A DNA stretch of 64,000 nucleotides from Marsupella aquatica (GCA_973895155.1 OZ316894.1:20156451-20220450); one strand, 5' to 3'. Counted from the first letter of the stretch, positions 51,635-63,800 are shown. The notes: generated from the sequence alone by a model not told the origin. A program made the numbers and translations.

Positions 51635-54344
51635 GCAGAAATCCATGAATGGTTGAGTAGAAATTGCAAACAGTAGAGGAGAGAGAGGGCATCCTTGCCT
51701 CACGCCACGTTTCATCTCAATATCCTCTGTCCACAGACCATTGACCAAAGCTTTGGAGCTTCCATTGCTCAAGAGGAATCGAACTAAAAAGATAAAGTGT
51801 GAACCAACTCCCAGCAGGTTCATAGTTTCCCAGATATATGACTGGTCCACCCTATCAAAAGCTTTTTCAAAATCGAGTTGCAAAAAAAGGGTTGGAGTCT
51901 GCGTGATACTAATCCAATCACTAGCAAGCCAAGTAAGTGAAATATTTTCTAGGATGTGGCGTCCGGGAATAAAACCAGTTTGCTGTGGATTAATCATCTT
52001 CGGTAGGTGAATCTTGAGTCTCAGAGCTAGAAGCTTTGCCAGGATCTTATACGTGGTGGTTAGCATTGTGAGCCCTCGCCAGTCACCTAATCTTCTTTTA
52101 TCCGTCTTCTTAGGGATAAACCAGATTACTCCATCTTTAATCCCGTAAGCAATGTGTCGGACAGACTTCCAAAATTCACAAATCATCTCGTACGTAGAAT
52201 CCTACTTTCATGAATTCCTAGCAACTTCGGAGTACCTCCGCTGTTATTCCATCAATACCCGGTGCTTTGTTGCCAGGTAGTAATAGCAATGTTTCATGCA
52301 GCTCTTGAATAGTAGGTAGCCTCTCTAATCTTCGTATCTTTGCAGCCGAAAGAGCAAAGTTTGTGTGCTGACATAACCTTCTCCTGGCAGCAAGCATCTC
52401 CCTACGCATCTCAGTCGTAGCCACCTCAGAAGTGTAAAGTTTCACACAATGGCGTTGCACTTCTTTAATCACCATGCTCTCTTCCGTTATCTCTTCCCCA
52501 TCTGCCCCTATAAGATATTCCATATGCTCCCTGTCTCTTTTTGCTTTCACCATTGCAAAAAAGAATTTAGAAGGCTCATCTCCTTGTCCAAGCCAATTGA
52601 TTCTTGCGAGCCTCCAATTACGATGGGCTTCTTCCAGTTCCATGTCTCTGACACACAATTCTGTATATGTGAAGTCCAGAATTGTGTCCTCAAAGTAGTC
52701 CTCCATTATTGCAACTTTCAAAAGACGAAGCCTAGCCCTCAGTCTACGTAGCTCTTCGTCCCAAGGCACAGGGGAGTGCTGGATCTCCATGTAGCACCTT
52801 CTTAACCTTTGTATAGCATCCGCAAATCTCAAGTGAGGGTCCACCGTTCCTTCCTCCCCAGCTTCCCATGCTGCTGCCAGAGCTTCTATATTCTCTCTTT
52901 TTCCAAGGACCGAAGGATTTGCCTTGAAGTATGTCACTCTGCGGACCTCAGTAGCCAGGGGGTTACATGGTGTCATTCGAACGGTAATAATAATAGGGTC
53001 ATGATCAGACAATGTCGAGGATCCATCATGCATCAGTTCAATCACCTCCTCCAGCCATTGTCCCTTTTTGCTCAGATTAAACCTGTCCAGTCGAGACTGA
53101 ACCAGTCTGCCATTCCTTACTCTTCTCCAAGTAAAACCGGATCCAGTCACTTGTCCTAAAATGACAAGGGCATCCTGTAAGTCAAACCGTAGTTTCAATA
53201 GACGCCAAGCGTCCAGCTCTCTTCCTCTCACTCTAGGAGATAGGCCGGTAGAGTCTTCTTGCTGCTCTGTCATGTTGAAATCCCCCCCCCCCCCCCATGA
53301 TCCATTTACCCTGGGGCAGGGTGTTCAACAAGTCATTCCACAGTAGAATACAATCACTCATCAGGTTAGGGGCATAGATACTGATCAAGCCAAAATCCCC
53401 TTCCTCCGAATGTATCTTAATCCACACTGCCCTACCTCTATCCAAAATTCCAGATGCCGTCACAACAAAAGACGGATGAATCAAAATGGCTGTACCTCCC
53501 TTACCCTCGTCTGGAGGTGAATAGAAATACTAAAAGGAAGGTAAAATTGTTCTCAGCGCAATGTCCAGCCTGAAAGCATCCGCTTTAACCTCTTGTAAAG
53601 CTAGAAAATCAATGGGTGAACGTAAAGTTGAAACCCACTTAACCACCATATTTTTACGGTCAGGACTACAGAGTCCACAAACATTCCATGAAGCAAACCT
53701 CAAGGTCTTCATCAGTTCCCTGTATCCCTCCAGTACAGACCTCCACAGGGTGGAGCCCACTCATTCCTCCACCTCAGAGGTTACAGTCGGGGTCAGCCTT
53801 CGGGCTCCGCAACTCAGACTCCGGGGGCACAACACTTTTACTTACCAATGATATTTCTACCAGCGCCCCAGTGTCTTCTGTCTGCACACTCACAGGCCCC
53901 AATTTTTCCGACTGCAACATTGCAGGACCCTCCAAGCTCCTGCGTAGTTCACCTTTCAGCTTCTTCTCCGGTGTAGACCACCCCTCCGCCTCCTGCACTT
54001 TGGCAATTGAAACAAAATGTAAGGAGCGCTGATTTCTTGCCTTCTTTTTCCATTTCTCCTTTTTCTTATCTTTAGGTGGAGATCTTCTGGCCAACTTCCT
54101 AGTTCACTCTCTCTTGAGTTCCGTTCTAGCAATGTAGCCCTCAAATTCGGACATTTCCATGTCCGAGTGGGGTTCAGATGCCGAGATGCGTTCTCCGTCC
54201 CCATCTTCCGAGGTTAAAGCGGGATCTCCGCTCGCAACACCAATTTCATTGGTCACGCTAGGATTCAATGTACCCCTTGCAGGTCCGCTTATATCACTTC
54301 CTTCACCAATTGTAGCAACAATGGGAAGTACCGTCCCTTGCAGG

Positions 54345-55626
54345 CCCTGGGCCCTCAGCATTACTAATGCAGGGAGGACGTGCGAACAACGCAAGGGTAT
54401 TTTTAATGTAATGCAAACTAATTTTTATAATATTTTTTAAAGTAGGCAACATCCATGTATATACATTCATCACAATATTAGTAATAAGGCTCTTATCAAA
54501 TACATGTCACATTAATCTTATGCAAGGGTACCTAAAATGCCAAGGACACGTGTCACTATATGGTTGGCACACATGTCATCACTTCATTGGCACACATGTC
54601 CATATAGTCAATCAGACATTTAATTATTTATCCTCTTAAGGCAAGTTTGGTTTCATGGGTTTGCATGGTAGACTTGTTTACCCGCATGTGTTAAGTTGGG
54701 ATTTAAGTAAATGGTGGGCCAGGATTTTGGGGCCCAACTCGTTTGGGGTTCTGGGATTGATGGGGACCCATGAATCAATCCCACATAGACAAACAAGATT
54801 ACTTTTGAATTCCCTTGAATCAAATGGCCAGGTGTGTTTGTGTGTGGGGTGGTGTACTCCCTTGATCATTGGGTTGGGGGGGGGGTACCCGGTGCTCACA
54901 GTTGTTTGATTGCAGAGATGGCAGGAAAATTACCCACCATGTCTAAGTAACAATTTCAGCCAAAGGAGATTTGATGGTATTACTCTCCACAATTTTCAGT
55001 AGTCATTTTTTGTATTATTAGTACTTTGTGTCTAGAATATGTATGATTAATGTGTGGTTTGATGTGTCAGGTTGCATGAAAGAAGTTGCCAAAAACTCTA
55101 CTTATCATTTGGTGTTAATGGTTGATGTCATACCATTCTTAGTCAAGATAGAATAATTTAGCAATTGGAGTTTACATAAGTAGTATATATGCAATTATTC
55201 CTCCAAGGATATAGCATAGCATAATAATGCATTTGTAATAGTTAAGTTTATCTCTATGAGGTCTACAAGTTGCCTGAGTTATAGTCATATACTCTAGGAA
55301 GAACTATAAATCTTTAGTACTAATTTTGTTATGATCTATATAAAATATGTACCGTGAACATCAGCGTAACATAATATTCCCCTATGCAAAATAGAATCTT
55401 TTATGTTTCAGTATGATATTTACAATTTTTAAAAATTCAAGGGTTTTTTTAATTCCTTCAAAAACTCTGTTATAATTTACAAAAGGATAAATTTTTATAG
55501 GAAAAAATAATGTTTTTACATTAACAAGGGATTTTTTTTTGTGAACAAAAATATTAAGAAGGGGTACACGGGGGGTGTCTGTTCTCAGGGGGGTTCACTT
55601 AATATAGTAAGAGTGAGGGCCCAGGG
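54345..55626. mobile_element. Family B non-autonomous element (1.28 kb) inside LINE ORF1
   Basis: CCCTGGGCCCTCA...TGAGGGCCCAGGG with perfect 8-bp TSD CTTGCAGG. Confidence 0.93.
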
Positions 55627-56924
55627 CTTGCAGGTCCTGTATAACCTGAGGAATATCATCATTATGCAGAAGGGCAAGAGGTGAGTGCTCCACCAATTTG
55701 TCATCTTCAGTTGGCATTCCCCATTCTTTGTCAGTGTTTACAGACTAAGAGTTCACATTCACCTCGGCAGAATGCCCAAAAAGAATTGGTTGATCCGACA
55801 TTTCAGCGCCCGGGTACATCGAACCACAAATTGGGTTAGTCATCGTCAGGGCATCAATCACAGATGCCGCGGCCCCATCCGGAATGATACTCAGAGGCGC
55901 AACCTGCGGTTGCGTAACCCCCTCCTCAAGGGGAGCATCAATGTTTCTCACAATCGTGGGCTCCTCTCAGTGCTCCTCAACATTCTCAGGAGGTGGAACC
56001 ACCATCTCAGAGTCCTCTAGTGACCTACAATCGCGAGCTAAATGTCCTTTTTTCCCACATCGAAAGCAGTGGAAAGGGATGTTTTTGAAAGTCACAGGTT
56101 GCCAGATTGACAATCCTTCTTGAATTTCCACTTCAACACTCAGTGGCACCTCTCGTTGCGTATCCCAGAGCACACAAGCACGGTCATGTGGGTAGGAGCT
56201 GAGATCGTCACCTTGAATATAGCGGGGAATATAGTGGAGGATGTCTCCAAGAGAAGCAGCCAGCTTCCTTCGACAGGGCTCAAAGATTAAAGCTCTGAAA
56301 GGAATTTCGATCCAGATAGGCAACATAGTATAGGACTCACTCCGGATATCAAAGGATGGGTCCCACGGGAATGTGAACACTCGGGGGTCTCACTCCGCGA
56401 AAATCTCATATCACGTGCGACGAAGTATAGGGTCCGTTAATTGGGTTTCTCGGAAGACTTAAGAAGATTTGTGTAAGAACAATAGGGCCAACTTTATATG
56501 TTGGACAACTTGTAAGAATAATAGGGATATTAATATTTTTGACTTTGTAGATGGAAGGCATACAAAGAAGTTAGGGGGTCTTTGTGTCAGACTATGTAAA
56601 GTACACGTGTCACTATGTCATTGGTACACGTGGCACACATAACATTCCCAATATATTTTCCTAATTTTTCTAATATGTTAACATGGCAAGAATTTGAGAA
56701 TGATCTGGTTTTATGGGGACTCACGTTTAGGGTTTGACCGGGATTAAGTTTGAAATTTTTCTGTTTAACGTGTCTCGTTTACCTCAATTGGCCCTTGTCA
56801 GTCCCTCCCGTGTCGTTTCCCTCCACTATCCCTTTGGCCCCACCCGCTCTTTGCCTCAACAGAGTCTCTTTTGTTTGTACCTTGCAGCAAATGGCCTAAA
56901 CGGGGTCTAAACCAGTTGTGCTCC

Positions 56925-57760
56925 TGCTTGGAGTGAAGGTCGGATCGAGCGAGAGTGTGCTCTCGACTGCACTTGGAGTGAAGGTCGGATCGAGCGAGAG
57001 TGTGCTCTCGACTACACTGTTGCTGGAGTGAAGGATCGACTCCTGTTGTGCTCTCGACTGCACTGCTGCTGCGGCTGGAGTGAAGGATCGAGCTGCGTTG
57101 CTGCTGCGGCTGGAGTGAAGGATCGAGCTGCGGCTGGAGTGAAGGATCAAGCTGCGGCTGGAGTGAAGGATCGAGCTGCGTTGCTGCTGCGGCTAGAGTG
57201 AAGGATCAAGCAAGATTTCTCGGAGAAGGATCGAGCTGCGTTGCTGCTGCGGCTGGAGTGAAAGATCAAGCAAGAGTTCTCGGCGAAGGATCGAGCGAAG
57301 GAGTGAAGGGGAGAGCGAGAGTGAAGGGGAGAGCGAGAGTTCTCGGCGAAGGATCGAGCGAAGGATCGAGTGAAGCGCTGCTACTTGGAGTGAAGGGGAG
57401 AGCGAGAGTGTTGCGCTCTCGGCTGTGCTGTTGCCGTTGCTGCTTGAAGTGAAGGATCGACCAAGAGTTCCTGGCTGCGCTGCTGTTTAGAGTGAAGGGG
57501 AGAGCGAGACATCTCAGCTGCGCTGCTGCTTAGAGTGAAGGGGAGAGCGAGACTTCTCAGTTGCGTGCGCTGATTAGAGTGAAGGAGAGAGCGAGACTTC
57601 TCAGTTGCGTGTGCTGATTAGAGTGAAGGGGAGAGTGACACTTTGCAGCTGCGCTGCTGCTTGAAGTGAACCCGGGAGTGAAGGGGAGAGCGAGACTTTG
57701 TAGCTGCGCTGCTGCTTGAAGTGAACCCGGGAGTGAAGGATCGAGCAAGAGTGTTGCGCT
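56925..57760. repeat. Compound minisatellite (GGAGTGAAGGATCGAGC / AGAGTGAAGGGGAGAGCGAGA / GCTGCTGC)
   Basis: More than 20 GTGAAGG cores with variable spacers. Confidence 0.9.
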
Positions 57761-58032
57761 CCGGGAGGTGGGTGTCGAGAGTGTTGCATTGCTGCTTTCT
57801 AAAACGGGAGCTGCTAGCTTGCTGAAACGGGAGGTGGCTACTGCAGGGAGTGTTGCGATATCTCAAACCGGAGTGCCAGGATTGGAGCTGCATTGCTGCG
57901 TTGCTCAATCGGGAGGTAGGCGCTGCCTACTTTGACGATCGTACTTGCTTGCTTGCTACTATTTGACGCCCAAATCTATCACGCATGGCACACCTAGAGT
58001 CGATCTGGTAGCGGTCATAGACGAGGAAGCAC

Positions 58033-58260
58033 CTGATCTGCCCGTTTAGCTTTTCAGCTATAAAATTCCTGTTCTGAGCTCCGTGAATGGCGATAAGCTC
58101 TTTGAGTATTTTGTCCTCCAGAGCTCGCCATGCCCTCGCAGATAAGGTTTGGAGCCACTGCTGAGATCCAGCTCCAACTTCCCAGCCGAATACTAGCTCA
58201 GTATTGTCGTCATTTGTCTCGACGTTGTCCATACTCATCTCTCCTTCTGTGTCCGCATCG
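58033..58260 (-). pseudogene. Captured R2R3-MYB first-repeat exon fragment
   Basis: RG(H)WRALEDKILKELIAIHGAQNRNFIAEKLNG(RS)G ending at AG|GT. Matches the RGHWRPAED.KLKELV..YGPQNWNLIAEKL.GRSG pattern with two 1-nt indels. Confidence 0.75.
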
Positions 58261-58986
58261 ACGACTTGACGCACATGTTTTTTGGATGCATCGTTAGAGT
58301 AACCGCGAGTACAGGTCTCCAATGATTGCACTTGCCATGATTGACCACCTTACATGATCTCCATCCATGGGCTGGACCCCAGGAAAAAAATCATGTAACT
58401 TGACTTCTGTCGTCCCCCACACACCCGCACAAATCTGGTTCTCTATTACATGCCTTGGTGTCCCGTTGGCTGGTTCCTGCAATTTTCTTTAAGTCATCTA
58501 GAAGAGAAGACTTCTTTAAGTGTTTACTCAGCCAGGGGGGACCACAGCCTCCAGCCATACTGGGTGGCGGGCCTGGTCAAGACGTGGATGACGCTCGTGC
58601 TTGATTTTAAATTCTCTTTTGTTTCTCAAGCTTCTGGGCAAGGGCATTACCATTCTGGATTCTGAACTTGATCCTATTCAGGTTAGCTATTCAGGTCTGT
58701 TGAGCGATTGGGTTATTATTTTATTGCTGTAGTAACATGCATGGCCAATTGGTTGTCTTCATGTAATGGGAAGTTTTTGAAACTTAGAAATTGAATGGTG
58801 GTTTCAATTTTGTTCACAGGTTGCAAAAGGAATTGTAGAGGTTGTCATCAGCGCTTGCAGCAGTGAGCACCAACACTTGCGGTGAAGCAGTTTGCTAGAA
58901 CACATAGTGTACCTAGTGAATTGTAAGTTGCCTGTCATTGCACGTCTAATCGTCTGGCCATTCACCGAGTATAAAAAAATAGTGCC

Positions 58987-59385
58987 ATGGCTATATTGGG
59001 CATTACATTAGAAGCGAATTATGAGAAGCTCCTTCTGCAGCATCCAGATGAATGCTGCTGGTGTGAACCTTGTGTCAAGTGCAGGGTTGGTGATGGGAAT
59101 TTTGAATGGTTCCATTGCTTCTGCTTGAAAATGCGTGGAAGGCTTGTTACTAGGACATACATGGGAAAGCATGGCAAAGTTGTCACACGTCGTTGGAAGT
59201 GCTCTTGTATAAGGCCAACCATTTGGCCTCAAAATGAGTGTCTTTTACGCAAGATTGTCATCCCGGACACGCTTGACATTGTAGTCCCTGATAGTATTCC
59301 ACATTCAACTGAGCTTGATATTGTAGCCCCAGATAGTATATCAGATCAAGCTAAGGTTACAACCCATGGATGCTTGACATTGTAG
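58987..59385 (+). CDS. Small Cys-rich ORF, possible degenerate PHD-like zinc finger
   Basis: CCWCEPCVKC...EWFHCFCL...RWKCSC; ATG in AGTGCCATGG context, downstream of spliceable non-coding exons. Confidence 0.4.
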   Translation: MAILGITLEANYEKLLLQHPDECCWCEPCVKCRVGDGNFEWFHCFCLKMRGRLVTRTYMGKHGKVVTRRWKCSCIRPTIWPQNECLLRKIVIPDTLDIVVPDSIPHSTELDIVAPDSISDQAKVTTHGCLTL

Positions 59386-59701
59386 TCCTTGATAGTACAT
59401 GGATGCGTTGTTCATATATGACTAGGCCTTTGTTTGCAAGGCTGCAATTGTACCATCCATGATATATGAGAATATTTTTCATTCCCATTATGTGGCAAAG
59501 TTTTGCAAGCTGGCATTGTATTTATGTATGTCTTGGTTGGTGGGTGTTCAGGTTGCACTGTGTAGTTGACTTCATCTGGGAGGGAGGTTTGCAGATCATT
59601 GGAGCAGGTGCTATGATTAACCTTATCTTTGTCTATGGATTGCTCACTATCATCATGTCCCCCTCATATGTGATGTGCTTTGTGATGATTGCAGTTGAAC
59701 C

Positions 59702-60376
59702 ATGCCGACAAGGACTTCAAACATAAAGAAAGCAACACAGTCCTCTGACAGAGGAGCCTCTTTGGAAGAGGTATTGCGTATTCCGTTGTTCTCTGAGCAA
59801 GAGATTCTACAAACTAGCCCTCATGTTTGTGCAATTTGTGAGCATGGTGGGAAGTTGGTAATTTGTGATGGGCCATGTCACAGGCAATTTCATTATGTGG
59901 TTGGAGATGAAGCCCCTAATGACTCTTGCCCCTGTGTAGTCCTTCCCCTCCATCATGGAGGGAAGCCATGGTTTTGCCCAAATTGTAACCAGGACCAGGC
60001 CATGTGTTATGGGTGCCGCACTGTGGGACCGTCACCTACAATTGTGCGAAAATGCTCTGATCGTTTTTGTGTACGATTTTATTGCTTTGGGTGTTTGGTA
60101 GCTGATGCAAAGTCCTGCCCACTGCATACATGTGTGACATGTTATCAGAGTCTTGAGGGTCAGATGGTCAAGAACATGGTACAATGTCTACGATGTCCAA
60201 ATGCCTGGCATACAGATTGTCTCCAGATGATCAAAAGCAAAGGGTTCGCTCATGATAGGGACATCTGGGACCATGAAGCACATGGACAACAGCGACAGAT
60301 GTTTTATTGCCCCCGTCATCCTATTGATCCACACCTCAAGACTCCAATCAGGGACCACATTTCATGGCTCCAATGA
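59702..60376 (+). CDS. EDM2/NSD-type composite PHD-finger protein (transposon-borne)
   Basis: VCAICEHGGKLVICDGPCHRQFH..CPC..WFCPNC..CYGC..KCSDRFCVRFYCFGC..CPLHTCVTC..QCLRCPNAWHTDCL..YCPRHPIDPHLKTPIRDHI. Intact 224-aa ORF. Confidence 0.85.
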   Translation: MPTRTSNIKKATQSSDRGASLEEVLRIPLFSEQEILQTSPHVCAICEHGGKLVICDGPCHRQFHYVVGDEAPNDSCPCVVLPLHHGGKPWFCPNCNQDQAMCYGCRTVGPSPTIVRKCSDRFCVRFYCFGCLVADAKSCPLHTCVTCYQSLEGQMVKNMVQCLRCPNAWHTDCLQMIKSKGFAHDRDIWDHEAHGQQRQMFYCPRHPIDPHLKTPIRDHISWLQ

Positions 60377-60871
60377 TCTGAATAATGAACAAACCTATTA
60401 CTTAGGTTTCAACGTCTTAGTGGGGTATGAGCAAGGCACATACTTAAGGTGCATCATGGGTGGTAGTACCCAATTTTATTAGTGTTGACATTTTGTCATA
60501 ATTAAGGTCACTAATAGTGCTGCATTTTGATGAGCAGAAGCACTAAACTTCGGGAATTGTTAGAAAAGCAGGCGAAAAGGATATTTTGTCCAAAGATATT
60601 TTATCCAACTTTAGCGGTATATCATGATTTTCACTGAATACATTTGCATGTATGATGGATTGCATTATAAAGTGTTTTGGCCTATTAGCACTTCTATTGT
60701 TAAATGTATGCTGACATTATGTACATTACATGAGAATGTGTATGTTGTCATTGCATCTCTTGAAGATCCTAATGTGTTTCCCTTGTGTGTATTTCAAATG
60801 TATTTGTGCAGGTCTTTCTGTTATCAACTCCAAAAGCAATGGTGCTATGCATGTTCTAGATTTGTATTGCA

Positions 60872-63800
60872 ATGGCAGCCCCTAAACCCAACTCTGTTAA
60901 ATTAATACGCAAAGTTGGGGATGACAAGGCTGATTTACCAATTTGTGTTTTGTCATTCAAAGAAGGACACACCCTACATGATTTTAGGGCTCGTATTGCC
61001 TCTACTCTAGACTTTGACTTTGATTTTTGGGATGAGAGACTTCCTGGTCGAGTGAAACTTGTACATGAGAAATTAATTGATCTGTCTGAGCTGGATGGAA
61101 GAGTTATTGTTGTACAACAAGAACTTGGAGATGGTGGGAGGATCCCACCAGTACCCTGTCATCCTTGCACTCCTGCATCATTGGGTCCAAATACTGGGAC
61201 ACCACAACTGGGGCCAACGGCACTAGCACCCTCCCCTGTAAGGGCTTCTTTTGAGTCACAATTGATGGGAGATGTCCCATCAAAGCTATGGAAAGATGAG
61301 TGGATGAGGTTAGAGAAATGGGTACATAAGAAGGGTTATGGTGATCACAATTGGAGAATTCGTACCTGGGATGAGGGGACAGATGTTCGAGGGCATCTGG
61401 AGTGTCTTGAATGTAGGGAAACTTATGGCAATGCAGACAACTCTCAGAACCCTAAATCCATCTCCAATTGCTTTAGTAATTTTAAGACCAAACACTTGGT
61501 CTTCAATAAGCACAAGGATAACTATTGTCGGAGAAGGGGCATTCCTTCTACTTTGGTTCAGGTAGCAGACATCTCTGAGAAGCCAGAATATGATCATGCA
61601 GACGCCATCAAAGTAGGTGTTGAGATAGTTCAACGATTGAATGCTGAGCTTGGGGATGATGGCAAACTATTCTCTATTGTTCCTGATCCCAGTACTCCTG
61701 AGTATGTAAACAGGTCTTTCCTGTTTAAGGTTCGATGTACTGTCTGTGGAATTGCTTCACACTAACTTGTGCCCCAAGAAGCTTACCTTGGAGCCCAATT
61801 TGAGGACACACTTAGTGAGTCGAGATCACTTGGATGCATTGGAGACTAGGCATGACACAAAAATGCTTGCCTTGAGGTCTGGGAAGAGGGGCAGGCCAAA
61901 GAGGACTGATTCTAGGGACCTACATCCTGGTCAGAGCGGGATTTTGAAGTTCTTTAAAGATGATGGGTCCCGGACAGGCAGCAGTTCAGGTTCAGGTTCA
62001 GGTGTGTGTGAATCTGTTGATCTTGGTCTGAGTTTGCTTTGCTGGGGATTATGGGTAGAGAGAGGTGTGCCTCGACTGTTATGGAAGGGTATATCTTATG
62101 ATATTTCTGGCATTTTAGATGATCAGTCTGGGGGAATTACATGGCATTGTGAGCCAAGTTGTTGCTTGGATGTTTTCCATCCAAGTAGAGAGAGTGTTGT
62201 GAGTATAGCAGGCTGTTTTAGACACAAGGATTGCTTGAGGTTATCACAGAATGGAGGAGGATTTGAAAATCTAACTTGTAGTGAATGTGATTCTATAACA
62301 CTAGAAGATGATTTTCGTGGACGGGTGCACAGGGAAGCGGAAGCAGTAGTCCACAGAGGGAGCCGAACCACTGCTGGTGGTATACGTTTGGATTATTTGA
62401 CCAACACAGAGTTAAGAGATCAAGTGCACAACCTGAACTCTGTGCGACGAAAAGAGCGTTGGTTGTTAGCTTTGCAGGCTCAGAAAGTATGTGCCTTGAG
62501 CACCAGGAAACGAAAACTAGAGGAGTTGTTAGGAGTTGCAGCAGACAGGAAGGATTTGAGATTGTTTCTTAGGAGTATTTTGAATGGACACAGGAATGGT
62601 GCATTTGGTGGTAAGGAGGGTTTGTGGGATTTCTTGAAGGATGTAGCTCGCAATTTAGGCAGGAAGCCAAAAGGTAATCGTTACAGTAATAGGACTCGAG
62701 CTATTGCTCAGGCTATGTTCCAATTTGGGGGCCGTCAAGTTGCTCATTGTTTTGCACGAAACTTGACAGCCCCTAGCCTTGTGACCCTAAAACGTGATAG
62801 AGCAAAACTCACACCTTTTCGAACCGGGTTACGGAAGGAAACCTTTCAGGAGATTGCTAGAGTGTTGTCTGCTGCAAAGCACTCATTGGGCATTGAGGGG
62901 GATGTGCCTGTTATCTTTGCTGAGGATGAAACAAGGATCAAAGAACGCCCTAGGTAATTGGAACTGGACATTTTTCCAATTGTTTTTTTAATGACTTTAC
63001 AAGTAGCACTTGGCTGGAATTGCTGTGATATTGAAAAATTGCATGTCTGTGTTTCAGGTGGGAGGCAAAGTATGATACTCTCATTGGTTTCTGTGGACCT
63101 TCAGAGCAGCATGTATGCTCCTATGGTTTGGAAATTCTAGTTGGTGAAGGTGATGAGGGGTATGATAAAATTGTAAGTACATTTGAACAATGCCCCAAGT
63201 GCATGTATGCCCGAGTTGTGATTGTGAATCCTCTGCATGAGTCCTTACCTAAATTGGCTGTGTGTGCACTTCCAACTTGTAATAAGTTCACAGCTTCTTG
63301 GGTACGAGAGCATTGGGTCCAGTTAAAGGCTTTTTGGGATGAATATTGTAGAGCTATGGTAGGCCCTTTGCTTGGACATGCTAGTGATGGTGATGCACGT
63401 CGCCGAAAGCTGATGCTGGAAGATTACAGAGGGCAGAATGGATCATACCCAAGGTACGGAGTTGGGTGGGAAGGGTGGACATACTCTGTTTCAATTCTAC
63501 CAAATGGAGATTTGTATGGCTTTGGTGACCAAGACCAACCTCATAATGGGAAAAAGATGATAAACCCCTTAGACAGAGTGTCTTCTTTACTGGTGCTAGG
63601 AGATCAACATGCATCTTTATCTTATGTAGCTAATGTCTACAATCATTATCCAATTCATGAACATGGCATGGCTTGGGATGATGTGAATAGGACTGACCGG
63701 CAGAATTGGGCAGGTCCACAACGAATAGCAGCAAGAAGAGTGCAGCAATGTCTGAAAGATATGTATGAGAGGAGAGATGTACAACATGAACGAAGTTTAG

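Larger units (their letters stand above)
43694..56379 (-). mobile_element. L1-clade LINE, fragmented by five nested insertions
   Basis: ORF1 has LPIWIEIP and zinc knuckle CFRCGKKGHLARDC (55967-56380). ORF2 has endonuclease motifs (SWNVCGL, LQEVK, YAPN, SRLDRF, SDHDPI), RT motifs (LDFEKAFDRV, GVRQGCPLSPLLF, FIDD) and zf-RVT (KVFMWRI). A poly(A)-like T-run lies at ~43694-43722. Confidence 0.9.

Noticed and set aside
56896-57908. Several Ala/Ser-rich ORFs
   Set aside because: They are translations of the minisatellite.
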